A stretch of 64,000 bases of DNA from Minisyncoccota bacterium (GCA_017991395.1 JAGOQQ010000001.1:33864-97863), one strand, 5' to 3'; positions 37,655 to 47,512 are shown, counted from the stretch's first letter. The notes: a model not told the origin generated them from the sequence alone. A program made the numbers and translations.

Positions 37655-38026
37655 TTAAAGTACCTCCGGTGCAAGCGAGACTATCTTTTGATAACCTTTT
37701 TCCTGAAGTTCTCGAGGAATTGGACCGAAAATACGACCTCCTTTTGGATCAAGCTTTCCTTTTTCAAGGATAACAACTGCGTTTTCATCAAAACGAATGT
37801 ATGATCCGTCTTTTCGACGAAATGCCTTCTTTTGACGAACAACAACTGCTTGGTGAACATCCTTCTTCTTCACCGCTTTTCGTGGTTGTGCAACTTTGAC
37901 AGAGATAATAACTTTATCTCCAAGCTGTGCGTATCGCTTTTTTGAGCCTCCAAGAATCTTGAAAACCTTTCCGACGGTACCACCACTGTTGTCTACTATT
38001 TTTACTACTGTTTCTGTTTGAATCAT
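37655..38026 (-). CDS. rplN: 50S ribosomal protein L14
   Basis: MIQTETVVKIVDNSGG... Confidence 0.9.
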   Translation of the reverse strand: MIQTETVVKIVDNSGGTVGKVFKILGGSKKRYAQLGDKVIISVKVAQPRKAVKKKDVHQAVVVRQKKAFRRKDGSYIRFDENAVVILEKGKLDPKGGRIFGPIPRELQEKGYQKIVSLAPEVL

Positions 38027-38030
38027 AAGC

Positions 38031-38273
38031 CTATTTTACGATAAATGTTTTATCCTTTGAGATAGGACGTGTTTCAACGATTTCGACAGTATCGCCAATT
38101 TTGTGTGTGTTGTTCTCATCATGCGCCTTGTACTTCTTTGAAATTTTTTGGTACTTCAAGTACTTTGAATTTTTGACATAGCGAGTTACCGACACAACAA
38201 CAGTTTTGTCCATCTTGTCTGACACTACGATACCCTTCAGTGTCTTATGTAATTTTGTCTTTTCGTTAGTCAT
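38031..38273 (-). CDS. rpsQ: 30S ribosomal protein S17
   Basis: [29 protein letters not shown].... The ORF-track 5' extension overlaps rpmC and is spurious. Confidence 0.85.
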   Translation of the reverse strand: MTNEKTKLHKTLKGIVVSDKMDKTVVVSVTRYVKNSKYLKYQKISKKYKAHDENNTHKIGDTVEIVETRPISKDKTFIVK

Positions 38274-38277
38274 ACTA

Positions 38278-38475
38278 TTATTTGTTGCGTGTGTGTAGCT
38301 CGGTGAGAAGTCGTGCGATTTCTCTTCGAGTTGTCCGCGCGAGGCGCACATTTTTGCTTTTTGAACCAGCGAGTCCAAAAGATAACTTTTGAATTTGTTC
38401 GCGATTTTCTTTGAGATTCTTTGTGAGATCTGGAATGTTCATTTCTCGAATCTTTTGCATAGTCTTCTTTGCCAT
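38278..38475 (-). CDS. rpmC: 50S ribosomal protein L29
   Basis: [33 protein letters not shown]... Confidence 0.85.
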   Translation of the reverse strand: MAKKTMQKIREMNIPDLTKNLKENREQIQKLSFGLAGSKSKNVRLARTTRREIARLLTELHTRNK

Positions 38476-38479
38476 AAAA

Positions 38480-38899
38480 TTAGTCTCTTTTTATTACTCG
38501 TGATTTCACTGGAAGCTTTGTTCCTGCCTTGCGAAGAGATTCGCGGGCGATTGCTTCAGTGACACCGTCTACTTCAAAAATGATTCGACCAGGGCGTACT
38601 TCAAAACAGTATCCTTCTGGATCTCCCTTACCTTTACCCATCGGCACTTCAGCAGCCTTTCGTGTAAATGGTCTGTCTGGGAAGATTCGAATCCAGATTC
38701 GTCCTGTTTTTCCAAGTGCTCGAGACATTGCTTTTCGAGCAGCTTCAATTTGATTTGAAGTCATTCGTGCAGAAGTCTCAGCCTTTAATCCATATGAACC
38801 GAATGAGAGTGTAATACCACGAGTGTCAGGTCGGAGGGCTTCCATATCCTTTCTCATAGTATGCCATTTTCGGAATTTTACTTTCTTTGGTAGCAACAT
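38480..38899 (-). CDS. rplP: 50S ribosomal protein L16
   Basis: MLLPKKVKFRKWHTMRKDMEA... Confidence 0.9.
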   Translation of the reverse strand: MLLPKKVKFRKWHTMRKDMEALRPDTRGITLSFGSYGLKAETSARMTSNQIEAARKAMSRALGKTGRIWIRIFPDRPFTRKAAEVPMGKGKGDPEGYCFEVRPGRIIFEVDGVTEAIARESLRKAGTKLPVKSRVIKRD

Positions 38900-38909
38900 A
38901 AGCCTTTAA

Positions 38910-39581
38910 TTATTTTTGTATTGGTTTATCATTGAAGATTTCTCCTCGATAAATCCAAACCTTAATACCAATATCTCCATACGGAAGGTGTGCCTTCTCG
39001 CGTGCGAAGTCGACGTCTGCGCGGAATGTCTGAAGTGGAATACTACCTTTCTTTGCTTGTTCTGTTCGGGCGATTTCTGCACCACCAAGTCGTCCACCGA
39101 GCACCACACGTACTCCTTCTACGCCTCGTACTGCCATAACCTTTTCGATTGTAGTTTTGAGAACACGTCGGAAAGGAAGACGCTTTTCGAGTCCTTCTGC
39201 AACAGAGTACGCAATAATGTGCGCATCTGAGTCTGGTGAAGTAACTTCAACAATATCAAGTTTCAAATCTTCTGGAACCTTGATTGCCTTTTTCTTGAAA
39301 AATTTTGTGATATCTTCTCGGAGCTTTTGTGCGCCTTCACCCTGACGTCCAATAAGCATTCCTGGTCGAGAAGTTCGGATGATGATTCGAGTAGTCTTTG
39401 GACTTCGTTCGATATCAAGTGATGAAATATAAAATCCTCGGAGTTTTTTTGCGAGGTATTCTCGAAGAAGCACATCTCCACGAAGAAGAGTTGCGTATTG
39501 TCTGCCTGTTGCAAACCATCGTGACTTCCAGTCGCGAAGGATAACAAGTCGATGTGAATATGGGTGAACTGTTTTTGACAT
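38910..39581 (-). CDS. rpsC: 30S ribosomal protein S3
   Basis: KH domain (RIIIRTSRPGMLIGRQGEG) and the S3 C-terminal domain. Confidence 0.9.
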   Translation of the reverse strand: MSKTVHPYSHRLVILRDWKSRWFATGRQYATLLRGDVLLREYLAKKLRGFYISSLDIERSPKTTRIIIRTSRPGMLIGRQGEGAQKLREDITKFFKKKAIKVPEDLKLDIVEVTSPDSDAHIIAYSVAEGLEKRLPFRRVLKTTIEKVMAVRGVEGVRVVLGGRLGGAEIARTEQAKKGSIPLQTFRADVDFAREKAHLPYGDIGIKVWIYRGEIFNDKPIQK

Positions 39582-39601
39582 AAAATTATTCAGTAATTAG
39601 C

Positions 39602-40018
39602 TTACGCTTTCTTTGTTGTTACTTTTTTCTTTGCGACCTTCTTTGGTGCTACTGCTACTTTCTTTGCTGACTTTGACGCTTTGACTGAAGTTTCTTTGAG
39701 TCCGAGTTCAATCGCAACATGACTTGTTCGCTTGTTGATTCGGTACGCAGAACCACGCGCTCGAGGCATCATTCGCTTCAAGACAATTCCCTTGTCGACT
39801 CGCACACTCTTTACAATAAGATCATTTTTGTCTGCTCCTGTTGTGTTGAGCGCGTTTACCAATGCAGACTCAAGAAGCTTGAGCACTGGGTTTGCTGCAC
39901 GCTTAGGCATAAAACGAAGCTGATCGATTGCATCAACTGCGCGCTTTCCTACAATAGCGTCTCCTACGAGACGTGTTTTGCGAGGTGATTGTCGATAATT
40001 TTTAAGAATTGCTTTCAT
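39602..40018 (-). CDS. rplV: 50S ribosomal protein L22 with a Lys-rich C-terminal extension
   Basis: MKAILKNYRQSPRKTRLVGDAIVGKRAVDA... Confidence 0.9.
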   Translation of the reverse strand: MKAILKNYRQSPRKTRLVGDAIVGKRAVDAIDQLRFMPKRAANPVLKLLESALVNALNTTGADKNDLIVKSVRVDKGIVLKRMMPRARGSAYRINKRTSHVAIELGLKETSVKASKSAKKVAVAPKKVAKKKVTTKKA

Positions 40019-40035
40019 TGTAATATATTAAAGGA

Positions 40036-40383
40036 TTATTTCTTCTTTTTGTCGTCTCCTGATGCACGAGCTGATTTTGCAGCTGAGATTTCAGCTTCTT
40101 TCTTCTTTGCTTCGAGTTCTTTTTGCATCTTACCTCCGTGTCGTACGAATTTTCGAGTAAGAGAGAATTCGCCGAGTTTGTGCCCTACCATATCTTCTGT
40201 GACAAGAACTTCGACATGAGTCTTTCCATTGTGAACACCAAAAGTAAATCCGACCATTTCTGGACTAATCGTACACGCACGCGCCCAAGTCTTAATAAGG
40301 CCAGTTTCAAGTGGCTTCTTTCCTTCTATCTTTTTAAGTAAACGTTCGTCCACGTATGGACCTTTTGAAAGTGATCGTGTCAT
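40036..40383 (-). CDS. rpsS: 30S ribosomal protein S19 with a C-terminal extension
   Basis: [19 protein letters not shown]...[32 protein letters not shown]. Confidence 0.9.
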   Translation of the reverse strand: MTRSLSKGPYVDERLLKKIEGKKPLETGLIKTWARACTISPEMVGFTFGVHNGKTHVEVLVTEDMVGHKLGEFSLTRKFVRHGGKMQKELEAKKKEAEISAAKSARASGDDKKKK

Positions 40384-40421
40384 ATAGCAAATAAAATAGC
40401 CCTTTAGGAGCTAGTCCACAT

Positions 40422-40450
40422 ATCTTAGCAAATGGAAATAATGCTGTCAA
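40422..40450 (-). promoter_or_regulatory. Internal sigma70-like promoter directly upstream of rpsS
   Basis: Minus strand TTGACA - 17 nt - TAAGAT. Confidence 0.5.
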
Positions 40451-40546
40451 ATACATATCGCGGACTTGACGCTGACTACCACGGAATGACTCGTGAGCTC
40501 TGGCCAGCAACACGAACACGCATCACAAGTACGGAGACTCGGGCAA

Positions 40547-40570
40547 CAAAAAACCTCCCTTTTGGGAGGT
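40547..40570. terminator. Terminator hairpin after the inserted small ORFs
   Basis: aaaaacctcccttttgggaggtt. Confidence 0.55.
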
Positions 40571-40579
40571 TGTAGACAG

Positions 40580-40819
40580 TCACAATTTGCCATAAACATA
40601 TTTCTTTACCTTTGACTCAATCAGGAAATCAACCAAAAAAAATGGGGCTCCTAAAACTGGAGACAAGAAACAGCACATAACGTAGAAACAAAAAAATGTA
40701 AACAGATTCTGACTTAACAGAAAAAGTGTCACGCAAAAAAGTAGTGCTAGCACAATTCTCGCAGTCATTTGAATAGTATTTTTCCTGTTTCGAACTGGAT
40801 ACCATTTTGAAACAAACAT
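40580..40819 (-). CDS. Small membrane protein inserted between rplB and rpsS
   Basis: 79-aa ORF with two TM segments. Confidence 0.35.
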   Translation of the reverse strand: MFVSKWYPVRNRKNTIQMTARIVLALLFCVTLFLLSQNLFTFFCFYVMCCFLSPVLGAPFFLVDFLIESKVKKYVYGKL

Positions 40820-40833
40820 TCTGTATAGACGAT

Positions 40834-41088
40834 CTACTTTGGCAAACTTATTTGAAAATTCCTTTTTTCTTCTGCACTCATTCTTTTCACTTCATGAAAA
40901 CTTCGAGGCGAAAATTCAATTCCATACTTATAGAAAAATCTTATTTTTGAATGTGTATTTGGCCCTTCAGGGCAATCACTTTCGAATTCAAGGATGAGAT
41001 TTTTTAATTTTTGACGTACTTCATCTCGTATCATGGTATATGATTTTTTGTTTATTTGAATCCTACACCAAATGGATTGTTTGAGCAA
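40834..41088 (-). CDS. Small hypothetical protein inserted between rplB and rpsS
   Basis: 84-aa basic ORF. Confidence 0.35.
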   Translation of the reverse strand: MLKQSIWCRIQINKKSYTMIRDEVRQKLKNLILEFESDCPEGPNTHSKIRFFYKYGIEFSPRSFHEVKRMSAEEKRNFQISLPK

Positions 41089-41090
41089 TC

Positions 41091-41120
41091 AAAAAGCGAC
41101 GGCCATGGCCGTCGCTTTTT
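41091..41120. terminator. Terminator-like hairpin immediately after rplB
   Basis: aaaaagcgacggccatggccgtcgcttttt. Confidence 0.55.
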
Positions 41121-41151
41121 GATTGCATATTTTGAAATAGTACAAATTGTA

Positions 41152-41994
41152 TTACCCTTTCTTTCCAGTTTTTCGTCGAGTGACGATAAGTGGATTTGAG
41201 TATTTCTTTGGAGTTCGAGTTTTGACACCAAATGCTTGTTTTCCGTGTCGAGTTTTTGGACCTCGTCGTAGACCAATACCTTGTCGTCCTTCTCCTCCTC
41301 CGTGTGGGTGATCCACTGGGTTCATCACAGATCCTCGTACAGTTGGTCGGATACCCTTCCAGCGTGAACGTCCTGCCTTTCCCCAGTTCATAAGTTTGTA
41401 TTCTTCGTTTGATACTTCACCAATAGTTGCCCAGCAATTTTCAGAAACTTTTCGGACTTCTGTTGATGGCATCTTGATTTGAGTCTGTCCATCGGCATTT
41501 GCCACAACTTGAGCAAAAATACCTGCTGAACGAGCGACTTTCGCCCCTCCTTCTGGTTTAAGTTCAATGTTGTACACAAATGTACCTACTGGAATCACTC
41601 GAAGTGGAAGTCGGTTTCCCGGCTTCAAAGGAGCTTTTTCAGATACGATAAATGTATCGCCTACCTTGAGTGACTTTGGAAGAAGCACATAGCGCTTTTC
41701 TCCGTCGTTGTATGCAACAAGTGCAATGAGTCCTGATCGGTTTGGATCGTACTCAATTGTTTGAACTTTTGCTGGAATATCAATCTTGTCGTACTTGAAG
41801 TCAACAAATCGAAACGATCGCTTGTGTCCACCTCCTTTGTGAGCAGTTGTGATACGTCCCATGTTGTTTCGTCCTACTCCACGCTTGAATCCCTTTGTAA
41901 GAGATTTTTCTGGCTTTCCGCGTGTGAGCAACTTTCGGTATTCAACTACTGAAGTATGTCGACGTGATGGTGTTGTTGGTTTAAATTTTTTCAT
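41152..41994 (-). CDS. rplB: 50S ribosomal protein L2
   Basis: MKKFKPTTPSRRH...VMNPVDHPHGGGEG. Confidence 0.9.
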   Translation of the reverse strand: MKKFKPTTPSRRHTSVVEYRKLLTRGKPEKSLTKGFKRGVGRNNMGRITTAHKGGGHKRSFRFVDFKYDKIDIPAKVQTIEYDPNRSGLIALVAYNDGEKRYVLLPKSLKVGDTFIVSEKAPLKPGNRLPLRVIPVGTFVYNIELKPEGGAKVARSAGIFAQVVANADGQTQIKMPSTEVRKVSENCWATIGEVSNEEYKLMNWGKAGRSRWKGIRPTVRGSVMNPVDHPHGGGEGRQGIGLRRGPKTRHGKQAFGVKTRTPKKYSNPLIVTRRKTGKKG

Positions 41995-42024
41995 AACTTG
42001 TATTTAGACGTGAGTCTTCGATTA

Positions 42025-42333
42025 TTATGCGAATTCAATCGTATCTCCCTTTTTGAGATATACCATAGCCTTCTTACCTCCTCCTTTAACACCTGATCGA
42101 CCTCGTACAGTGACTTTTTTTCGCTTCAACACAACCACATTTACTTTGATTGGAGAGATATTGTAAAGCACTTCAATCGCTTTTTTCACTTCAACTTTTG
42201 TTGTTCGTGGATCAATATCAAATGTGTAGACATTGTTCTCAAGTGATCGTGATGACTTTTCAGTAACACGTGGCTTCTTCAAAATTTTTGTTACATCAAG
42301 ATTGATGTTTTTGTTGTCTGTTTTCTTTGCCAT
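42025..42333 (-). CDS. rplW: 50S ribosomal protein L23
   Basis: Typical L23 size, sequence and position. Confidence 0.85.
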   Translation of the reverse strand: MAKKTDNKNINLDVTKILKKPRVTEKSSRSLENNVYTFDIDPRTTKVEVKKAIEVLYNISPIKVNVVVLKRKKVTVRGRSGVKGGGKKAMVYLKKGDTIEFA

Positions 42334-42337
42334 ACAA

Positions 42338-43006
42338 TTATTTTGAAGTTATCTTCTTTCCAATAATGCCGACTGACTCTTCTGGTTTTGCAACTACAAG
42401 AAAACGGTAGTTCAACACATCGAGTGGAGAAAGTTCTCCTACTCGTCCGAGAGTAACATTTCCGAGATTTCGGAAACTCTTTTCCACCGCATCATCTTTT
42501 TCTGGAAGTGCAATAAAGATTGTGTTTTCTTTTCGGTATGCGAGCTTTTCGTATCCTGGAATTGTTGCGAGTGTCTTCACTACTTCTCCTGCAAATTTTG
42601 TCTTTGCATCAGCAAGTGAAATCGCATCAACAAAAAGAATTTCACCATGACGATTCTTCTCTGAAAGTACAGTGAAGAGTGCCTTGATTTTCATTTTTTT
42701 GTTAATTTTCTTTGTGTAGTTCTTTTCTGAAAGAGGACCGTGAGTCACACCTCCACCAATCCAAATCGGTGAACGTGATGAACCGTGACGAGCTCGTCCT
42801 GTTCCCTTTTGTCTCCATGGTTTCTTTCCTCCTCCTCGTACTTCACCGCGAGTTTTTGCATTCGCAGTACCTGCACGTTTGTTTGCCTGCATTCCTGTGA
42901 CCACTTGGTGCACAAGGTCTGCATTCCATGAGAGTCCAAAGACTGCCTCGGGGAGTGCAATCTTCCCTGACTCTTTTCCTTTTTGATTGTATACTTTTGC
43001 TTCCAT
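42338..43006 (-). CDS. rplD: 50S ribosomal protein L4
   Basis: ...RGGGKKPWRQKGTGRARHGS... Confidence 0.9.
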   Translation of the reverse strand: MEAKVYNQKGKESGKIALPEAVFGLSWNADLVHQVVTGMQANKRAGTANAKTRGEVRGGGKKPWRQKGTGRARHGSSRSPIWIGGGVTHGPLSEKNYTKKINKKMKIKALFTVLSEKNRHGEILFVDAISLADAKTKFAGEVVKTLATIPGYEKLAYRKENTIFIALPEKDDAVEKSFRNLGNVTLGRVGELSPLDVLNYRFLVVAKPEESVGIIGKKITSK

Positions 43007-43016
43007 GGTGAGATTG

Positions 43017-43628
43017 TTATTTAGTCATGAGAAGAGCCACTGTTCCTCGACGTCCTGGAATAGCTCCTTTTACTAATATTTGATTTGCTGATGCATCAAT
43101 ATCAAGAATCGTAAGATTTGGTACTGTGATCACGTCAGAACCCATTCGTCCTGCCATTCGCATTCCTTTTGGAACACGTGTTCGAAGACCTCCTCCGATT
43201 GATCCTGGTTCTCGTTCTGAGTGCTTTTGTCCGTGAGTTCGTGGTCCTCCTGCAAATCCGTGTCGCTTGACCACACCTTGGAAACCTTTACCTTTTGAGA
43301 TTGAAGTCACACGAATCACATCCCCTTTCGAAAATGTATCAAGTGTAATTGTATCTCCGCGTCCAAGGTTTGGTGCTTCTTCAAATCGAATTTCTTGCAT
43401 GTGGCGGAAATTTCCGAGATCTTTCAAATGACCTTTTTGAGGTTTTTTCATTCGAGATTCTTTTTGCTCGTCAAATGCAACTTGGACTGCGTTGTATCCA
43501 TCAGTCTCTTGTGTCTTTATCTGAGTGATCACGTTTGGGGTAACTTCAATAAGCGTGGCTGCATGTGCAACACCGTTTTCACTGAAGTACTGGATCATAT
43601 TCTGTTTTTTTCCAAGTATGAATTTCAT
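43017..43628 (-). CDS. rplC: 50S ribosomal protein L3
   Basis: MKFILGKKQNMIQYFSENG... plus the C-terminal FKGDVIRVTSISKGKGFQGVVKRHGF. Start is the Met at 43628. Confidence 0.9.
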   Translation of the reverse strand: MKFILGKKQNMIQYFSENGVAHAATLIEVTPNVITQIKTQETDGYNAVQVAFDEQKESRMKKPQKGHLKDLGNFRHMQEIRFEEAPNLGRGDTITLDTFSKGDVIRVTSISKGKGFQGVVKRHGFAGGPRTHGQKHSEREPGSIGGGLRTRVPKGMRMAGRMGSDVITVPNLTILDIDASANQILVKGAIPGRRGTVALLMTK

Positions 43629-43726
43629 AATAGTAATAACTAAAGCAATAAGGCTTAAGGCCAAAGCTTGATTAAATTTCTTTTTATTAAAGCTTCGGCC
43701 TTTGGCCTTACAACTTCAATGTGTGA

Positions 43727-44092
43727 TTAAAGCATTTTAACGTCAATATCAACTCCTGATGGAAGTGAGAGGTTCGTGAGAGCCTCGATAGTCTTCGCAC
43801 CTGGATTCAAGATATCAATCACTCGCTTGTGAGTTCTCATCTCAAACTGTTCTCGCGCATTCTTGTAGATGAAAGGCGAACGATTCACAGTATATTTCTT
43901 GATTTCAGTTGGGAGTGGGATTGGGCCCATGATCTTCGCATCGTGTCGTGTTGCAGTATCAATGATCTGCTTCACTGATGCATCGAGAATTTTGTTCTCA
44001 TATGCACGCACACGAATGCGGAGCTTCACAACACCCTCCTCTTTCGAGACTGACTTCTTTTTTGCTTTTGTTGTTTTTTTCTCTGTCGTCAT
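43727..44092 (-). CDS. rpsJ: 30S ribosomal protein S10 with a short Lys-rich N-terminal extension
   Basis: [21 protein letters not shown]... Confidence 0.9.
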   Translation of the reverse strand: MTTEKKTTKAKKKSVSKEEGVVKLRIRVRAYENKILDASVKQIIDTATRHDAKIMGPIPLPTEIKKYTVNRSPFIYKNAREQFEMRTHKRVIDILNPGAKTIEALTNLSLPSGVDIDVKML

Positions 44093-44132
44093 TTTCGAAT
44101 GTACTAAAGGAATAAGGCGCACGCGACTTTGG

Positions 44133-45332
44133 TTACTTTGTGATTTTTGTTACAACTCCAGCTCCTACTGTCTTTCCTCCTTCTCGGATAGCAAAACGAG
44201 TATTATCTTCGAGTGCAACTGGTGCTACGAGCTTCACATTGAGCTTCACTGTATCTCCAGGCATAACCATTTCTTTTCCAGCTTCGAGAGTTACATCTCC
44301 TGTGACGTCTGTTGTTCGGATGTAGAATTGTGGCTTGTATCCATTGAAGAATGGAGTGTGTCGTCCTCCTTCTTCTTTCTTGAGAATGTACACTTCACAT
44401 TCAAATTCTGAGTGAGGAGTTACTGATCCTGTCTTCGCAAGAACTTGTCCTCGAGTAAGGTCTTCTTTTTTCACACCTCGTAGAAGAATACCTGCGTTGT
44501 CTCCAGCCATACCTTCTTTCAAAGATTTGTTGAACATTTCAACACCTGTAACTGTTGTCTTAACAGTATCTTTGAGACCAACGATTTCGATTTCTTCTCC
44601 AACCTTTACGATTCCTCGTTCGATTTTACCTGTTACCACTGTTCCTCGTCCTTCGATAGAAAAGATGTCTTCGATAGGCATTAGGAATGGTTTGTCGATT
44701 TCACGTTCTGGAACTGGGATGTATGTATCGAGAGCTTCAACGAGTTCAAGAACTTTCTTTGCCCATTCATCGTCGTTTGATCCTGATTCAAGTGCTTTGA
44801 GTCCTGATCCACGGATAACTGGAGCGTTTGCACCATCAAATCCATTTTTTGTAAGAACTTCTCGAACTTCTTCTTCCACAAGATCAAGCATGTCTTTGTC
44901 TTCAACCATGTCGCACTTGTTCAAGAATACAACAATTCGTGGAACACCCACTTGCTTTGCAAGGAGAACGTGTTCACGAGTTTGTGGCATCGCTCCGTCT
45001 GTCGCTGCAACCACGAGCACTGCACCGTCTGTTTGAGCAGCACCAGTAATCATGTTCTTAATGTAGTCAGCGTGACCTGGCATATCGATGTGCGCGTAGT
45101 GTCGTGCTGGTGTCCAGTACTCTGAGTGAGAAAGTGAAATAGTGATTCCACGAGCCTTTTCTTCAGGAGCTTTGTCGATTTGATCAACACCTTTGATAAC
45201 TGAGCCGTATTCTCCACCTTGTCGTGAAAGAACAGTCAAAATAGCCGCAGTAAGAGTAGTCTTACCATGGTCAACGTGGCCCATTGTTCCCACGTTTACG
45301 TGAGGTTTGTTACGATTGAATTCACCTGCCAT
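44133..45332 (-). CDS. tuf: Elongation factor Tu
   Basis: [31 protein letters not shown]... G domain and domains II/III. Start coordinate is +/-1-3 nt (approximate). Confidence 0.95.
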   Translation of the reverse strand: MAGEFNRNKPHVNVGTMGHVDHGKTTLTAAILTVLSRQGGEYGSVIKGVDQIDKAPEEKARGITISLSHSEYWTPARHYAHIDMPGHADYIKNMITGAAQTDGAVLVVAATDGAMPQTREHVLLAKQVGVPRIVVFLNKCDMVEDKDMLDLVEEEVREVLTKNGFDGANAPVIRGSGLKALESGSNDDEWAKKVLELVEALDTYIPVPEREIDKPFLMPIEDIFSIEGRGTVVTGKIERGIVKVGEEIEIVGLKDTVKTTVTGVEMFNKSLKEGMAGDNAGILLRGVKKEDLTRGQVLAKTGSVTPHSEFECEVYILKKEEGGRHTPFFNGYKPQFYIRTTDVTGDVTLEAGKEMVMPGDTVKLNVKLVAPVALEDNTRFAIREGGKTVGAGVVTKITK

Positions 45333-45487
45333 ATATATTATGTAGCGGCGGATTGTATATACACCTTTATCCACGAGAACCAGGGACAAAAGTGAATACA
45401 CAATCCGCACAATTAAAAACCTAATAATAAAACAACCAACCCACTTTTTGCACAAATAAAAATAGCGCAAAAGTGCGATTACTTCTC

Positions 45488-45516
45488 ATAGTAGCAAAGC
45501 GCAATACATGTGTCAA
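45488..45516 (-). promoter_or_regulatory. Strong sigma70-like promoter upstream of tuf
   Basis: Minus strand TTGACA - 17 nt - TACTAT. Confidence 0.5.
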
Positions 45517-45580
45517 CTTTTCGGAAAAATAATACCTTGGTTTTTTCTAAAGTATTGACATATGCAAAATATATTGCAAT

Positions 45581-45610
45581 AAAAAAGCCCCGAATCACTG
45601 ATCCGGGGCC
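45581..45610. terminator. Terminator after the 45642 gene
   Basis: aaaaaagccccgaatcactgatccggggcc. Confidence 0.6.
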
Positions 45611-45641
45611 AACCTTAAACTATACTTAACTCATCAAAATA

Positions 45642-46436
45642 TTAATTTTTTACAAACCTCACTGCCCCGCCTTGGGACCTGATGAGATACATTCCAGGTG
45701 AAAAATCTCTTACTGGTACACCATTCTCTGGCATACCTCCTCTGTACACAAGTTTGCCATCCATTGAGACTATCTGAACTTCTCTGCCGACAAGCGCTGG
45801 TGCATACAGCACATCACTTGAAGGATTTGGAAACACGACAATATTCTCAGGTGTTGGAGCCGGATTAAACACTGAAGCACAGGTTGTGATTTGAACTATC
45901 TCCAGTGGAGACTTTGCAGTGTCTCCTGGTAGATACAAATCAACTCCGTATGCGTATCTAACGCACGGACTCCATACTCCGAAGTCAGTCAGCAAAGAGT
46001 CGTCTGTGTTGTAAATCGGCATACCGGTCGTATAGTACAACCAGTTTCCTGAATTAGTGTCCAATGCATCGCAAATTTTTATGGATGCAAATGCGACGGG
46101 ATTGTTCCCAGTGTTTAATGCAAAATACCGCTTGAATCTCCAATTTGGATATGGTACTGGAGAATTGTCATTGATGACATCGAACGTGTCTCCAATGGCA
46201 AAAGTGCTCATTGTTCCCAAAGTTTTTGGAATAAATTTTGAATTCACCATGGCTTTGTCTTTTAACTCAACCATGATTTCAAGAGGCATCACGTGCCGAC
46301 TTTCTATCGAACGATCATTTCTGGTTCGTTCAATTACACATACCTTTTCTTTCATATCAACTGTGATTTTTACCACAGTGGCATTTGCAAAGAGTACCAA
46401 TAGTACTCCCAGCACACTAAGTAAGATTTTTTTCAT
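45642..46436 (-). CDS. Secreted protein with a C-terminal domain resembling the T9SS (Por) sorting tail
   Basis: Signal peptide MKKILLSVLGVLLVLFANA. C-terminus IVVFPNPSSDVLYAPALVGREVQIVSMDGKLVYRGGMPENGVPVRDFSPGMYLIRSQGGAVRFVKN is similar to the Por_Secre_tail pattern (from memory). Confidence 0.5.
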   Translation of the reverse strand: MKKILLSVLGVLLVLFANATVVKITVDMKEKVCVIERTRNDRSIESRHVMPLEIMVELKDKAMVNSKFIPKTLGTMSTFAIGDTFDVINDNSPVPYPNWRFKRYFALNTGNNPVAFASIKICDALDTNSGNWLYYTTGMPIYNTDDSLLTDFGVWSPCVRYAYGVDLYLPGDTAKSPLEIVQITTCASVFNPAPTPENIVVFPNPSSDVLYAPALVGREVQIVSMDGKLVYRGGMPENGVPVRDFSPGMYLIRSQGGAVRFVKN

Positions 46437-46551
46437 GATGTAAATGTCCTTTTTTTGTTTAAGCCCATCATACCACAGTAATGATAATTTGTAAAGGAGC
46501 CTGCTGTGTATAAGTGTCCACTTAGCATTTTATGAAAAAAGACCCGAAAAA

Positions 46552-46938
46552 TCAGGTCTTTTGCCCTTCCAAGGCATACATTTCAATTATCCTCTTTACA
46601 CAGTGGACAACGAAAAACGCAATTGAGCTCACTGCATATAATGACAAGAATATTACTCTATGGGTTATCTCAAATGCACTCATTGCACACAAACCAAGAC
46701 ATAAAAGAACAAGTGTAACGACCGAGAAAAGTGTGTACACTTTCTCAATTCGTGCAAATTGCCCACACACATTCCAAACCCCAAGTACGAGTGCATCCGC
46801 CAGCAAAATAGTAGTATGTGTTTTTTGGTGAAATTCTCCACCCAAGACAACATATGTCATATATACAATCAATATCAGTACAGGTGCATGAGTCATTAGA
46901 ATCATGCACCACGGAATACTCATTTTGATGTATCTCAT
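46552..46938 (-). CDS. Small polytopic membrane protein
   Basis: 128-aa ORF with 4 TM segments. Confidence 0.4.
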   Translation of the reverse strand: MRYIKMSIPWCMILMTHAPVLILIVYMTYVVLGGEFHQKTHTTILLADALVLGVWNVCGQFARIEKVYTLFSVVTLVLLCLGLCAMSAFEITHRVIFLSLYAVSSIAFFVVHCVKRIIEMYALEGQKT

Positions 46939-46943
46939 ACTAC

Positions 46944-47429
46944 TTATTGCTCTGGGAATCGGTGAGGTAATCGTGCGAGCGTAGATACATAGCCTTCATC
47001 GAGGGTCGTAATCTTGAACTGTACAAAATACTTCTCGGAACTAAATTTTGGATCCTTGAAGAAGAGATGAAACTGTACAGCATTTTCAAACTGATTAACC
47101 TCAACGGTCTTCTGTGCTACAACATTCATATCCTTGTCTAGAATTTCAAGTAGTGTCATAGCCGACACCAAGCATCTTTTCTTTTTTGAAGACAATTCAA
47201 AATGATAGCTTAACTTAATTGAATCTTTGACAAACTCGAATGTGGGACCCATCGGATATTCTACGATTTTCATCGATGAATCAATGCACGTCTCTTTTGT
47301 ATAGAGCTTATACGGTACATTTTCTCCTCTGGTCAAATAATCGATCTTGATTACTTTGTCTTTTGGCGGGACTTGTCCAAGACAAATACTGACCACAAGA
47401 CACATGCATACTGCAAGGATTTTTTTCAT
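46944..47429 (-). CDS. Secreted/lipoprotein-like hypothetical
   Basis: Signal peptide with lipobox-like MKKILAVCMCLVVSICLG. Confidence 0.45.
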   Translation of the reverse strand: MKKILAVCMCLVVSICLGQVPPKDKVIKIDYLTRGENVPYKLYTKETCIDSSMKIVEYPMGPTFEFVKDSIKLSYHFELSSKKKRCLVSAMTLLEILDKDMNVVAQKTVEVNQFENAVQFHLFFKDPKFSSEKYFVQFKITTLDEGYVSTLARLPHRFPEQ

Positions 47430-47512
47430 GTTTTCAAGTTTTAAACTGTTTAGACTTACACTACAAGAAATAAACTATTTGTCAATAGATGCAGAGCTCT
47501 GGGGATGTTTTC

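Noticed and set aside
44133-45470. Long N-terminal extensions in the ORF-track versions of tuf (445 aa), fusA (740 aa), rpsQ, rplL, rplJ, rpsJ and rplC
   Set aside because: The extensions start at non-conserved upstream Met/TTG codons, overlap neighbouring genes or promoters, and lack homology. The conserved family N-termini (MAGEFNR..., [14 protein letters not shown]..., MTNEKTK..., MEEKTFEV..., MALTKQ..., MTTEKK..., MKFILGKK...) give standard protein lengths, so I trimmed the starts accordingly.
45642-46436. Calling the window Bacteroidota on the basis of the T9SS-like tail and absence of SD sequences
   Set aside because: Everything else argues against a typical Bacteroidota chromosome: split r-protein operons, rRNA insertions, dozens of tiny anchored hypotheticals, a separate ComEC MBL gene, and an unlinked 23S-5S unit. 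I therefore leave the taxon as reduced-genome / CPR-like and flag the T9SS-like domain as needing an HMM check.
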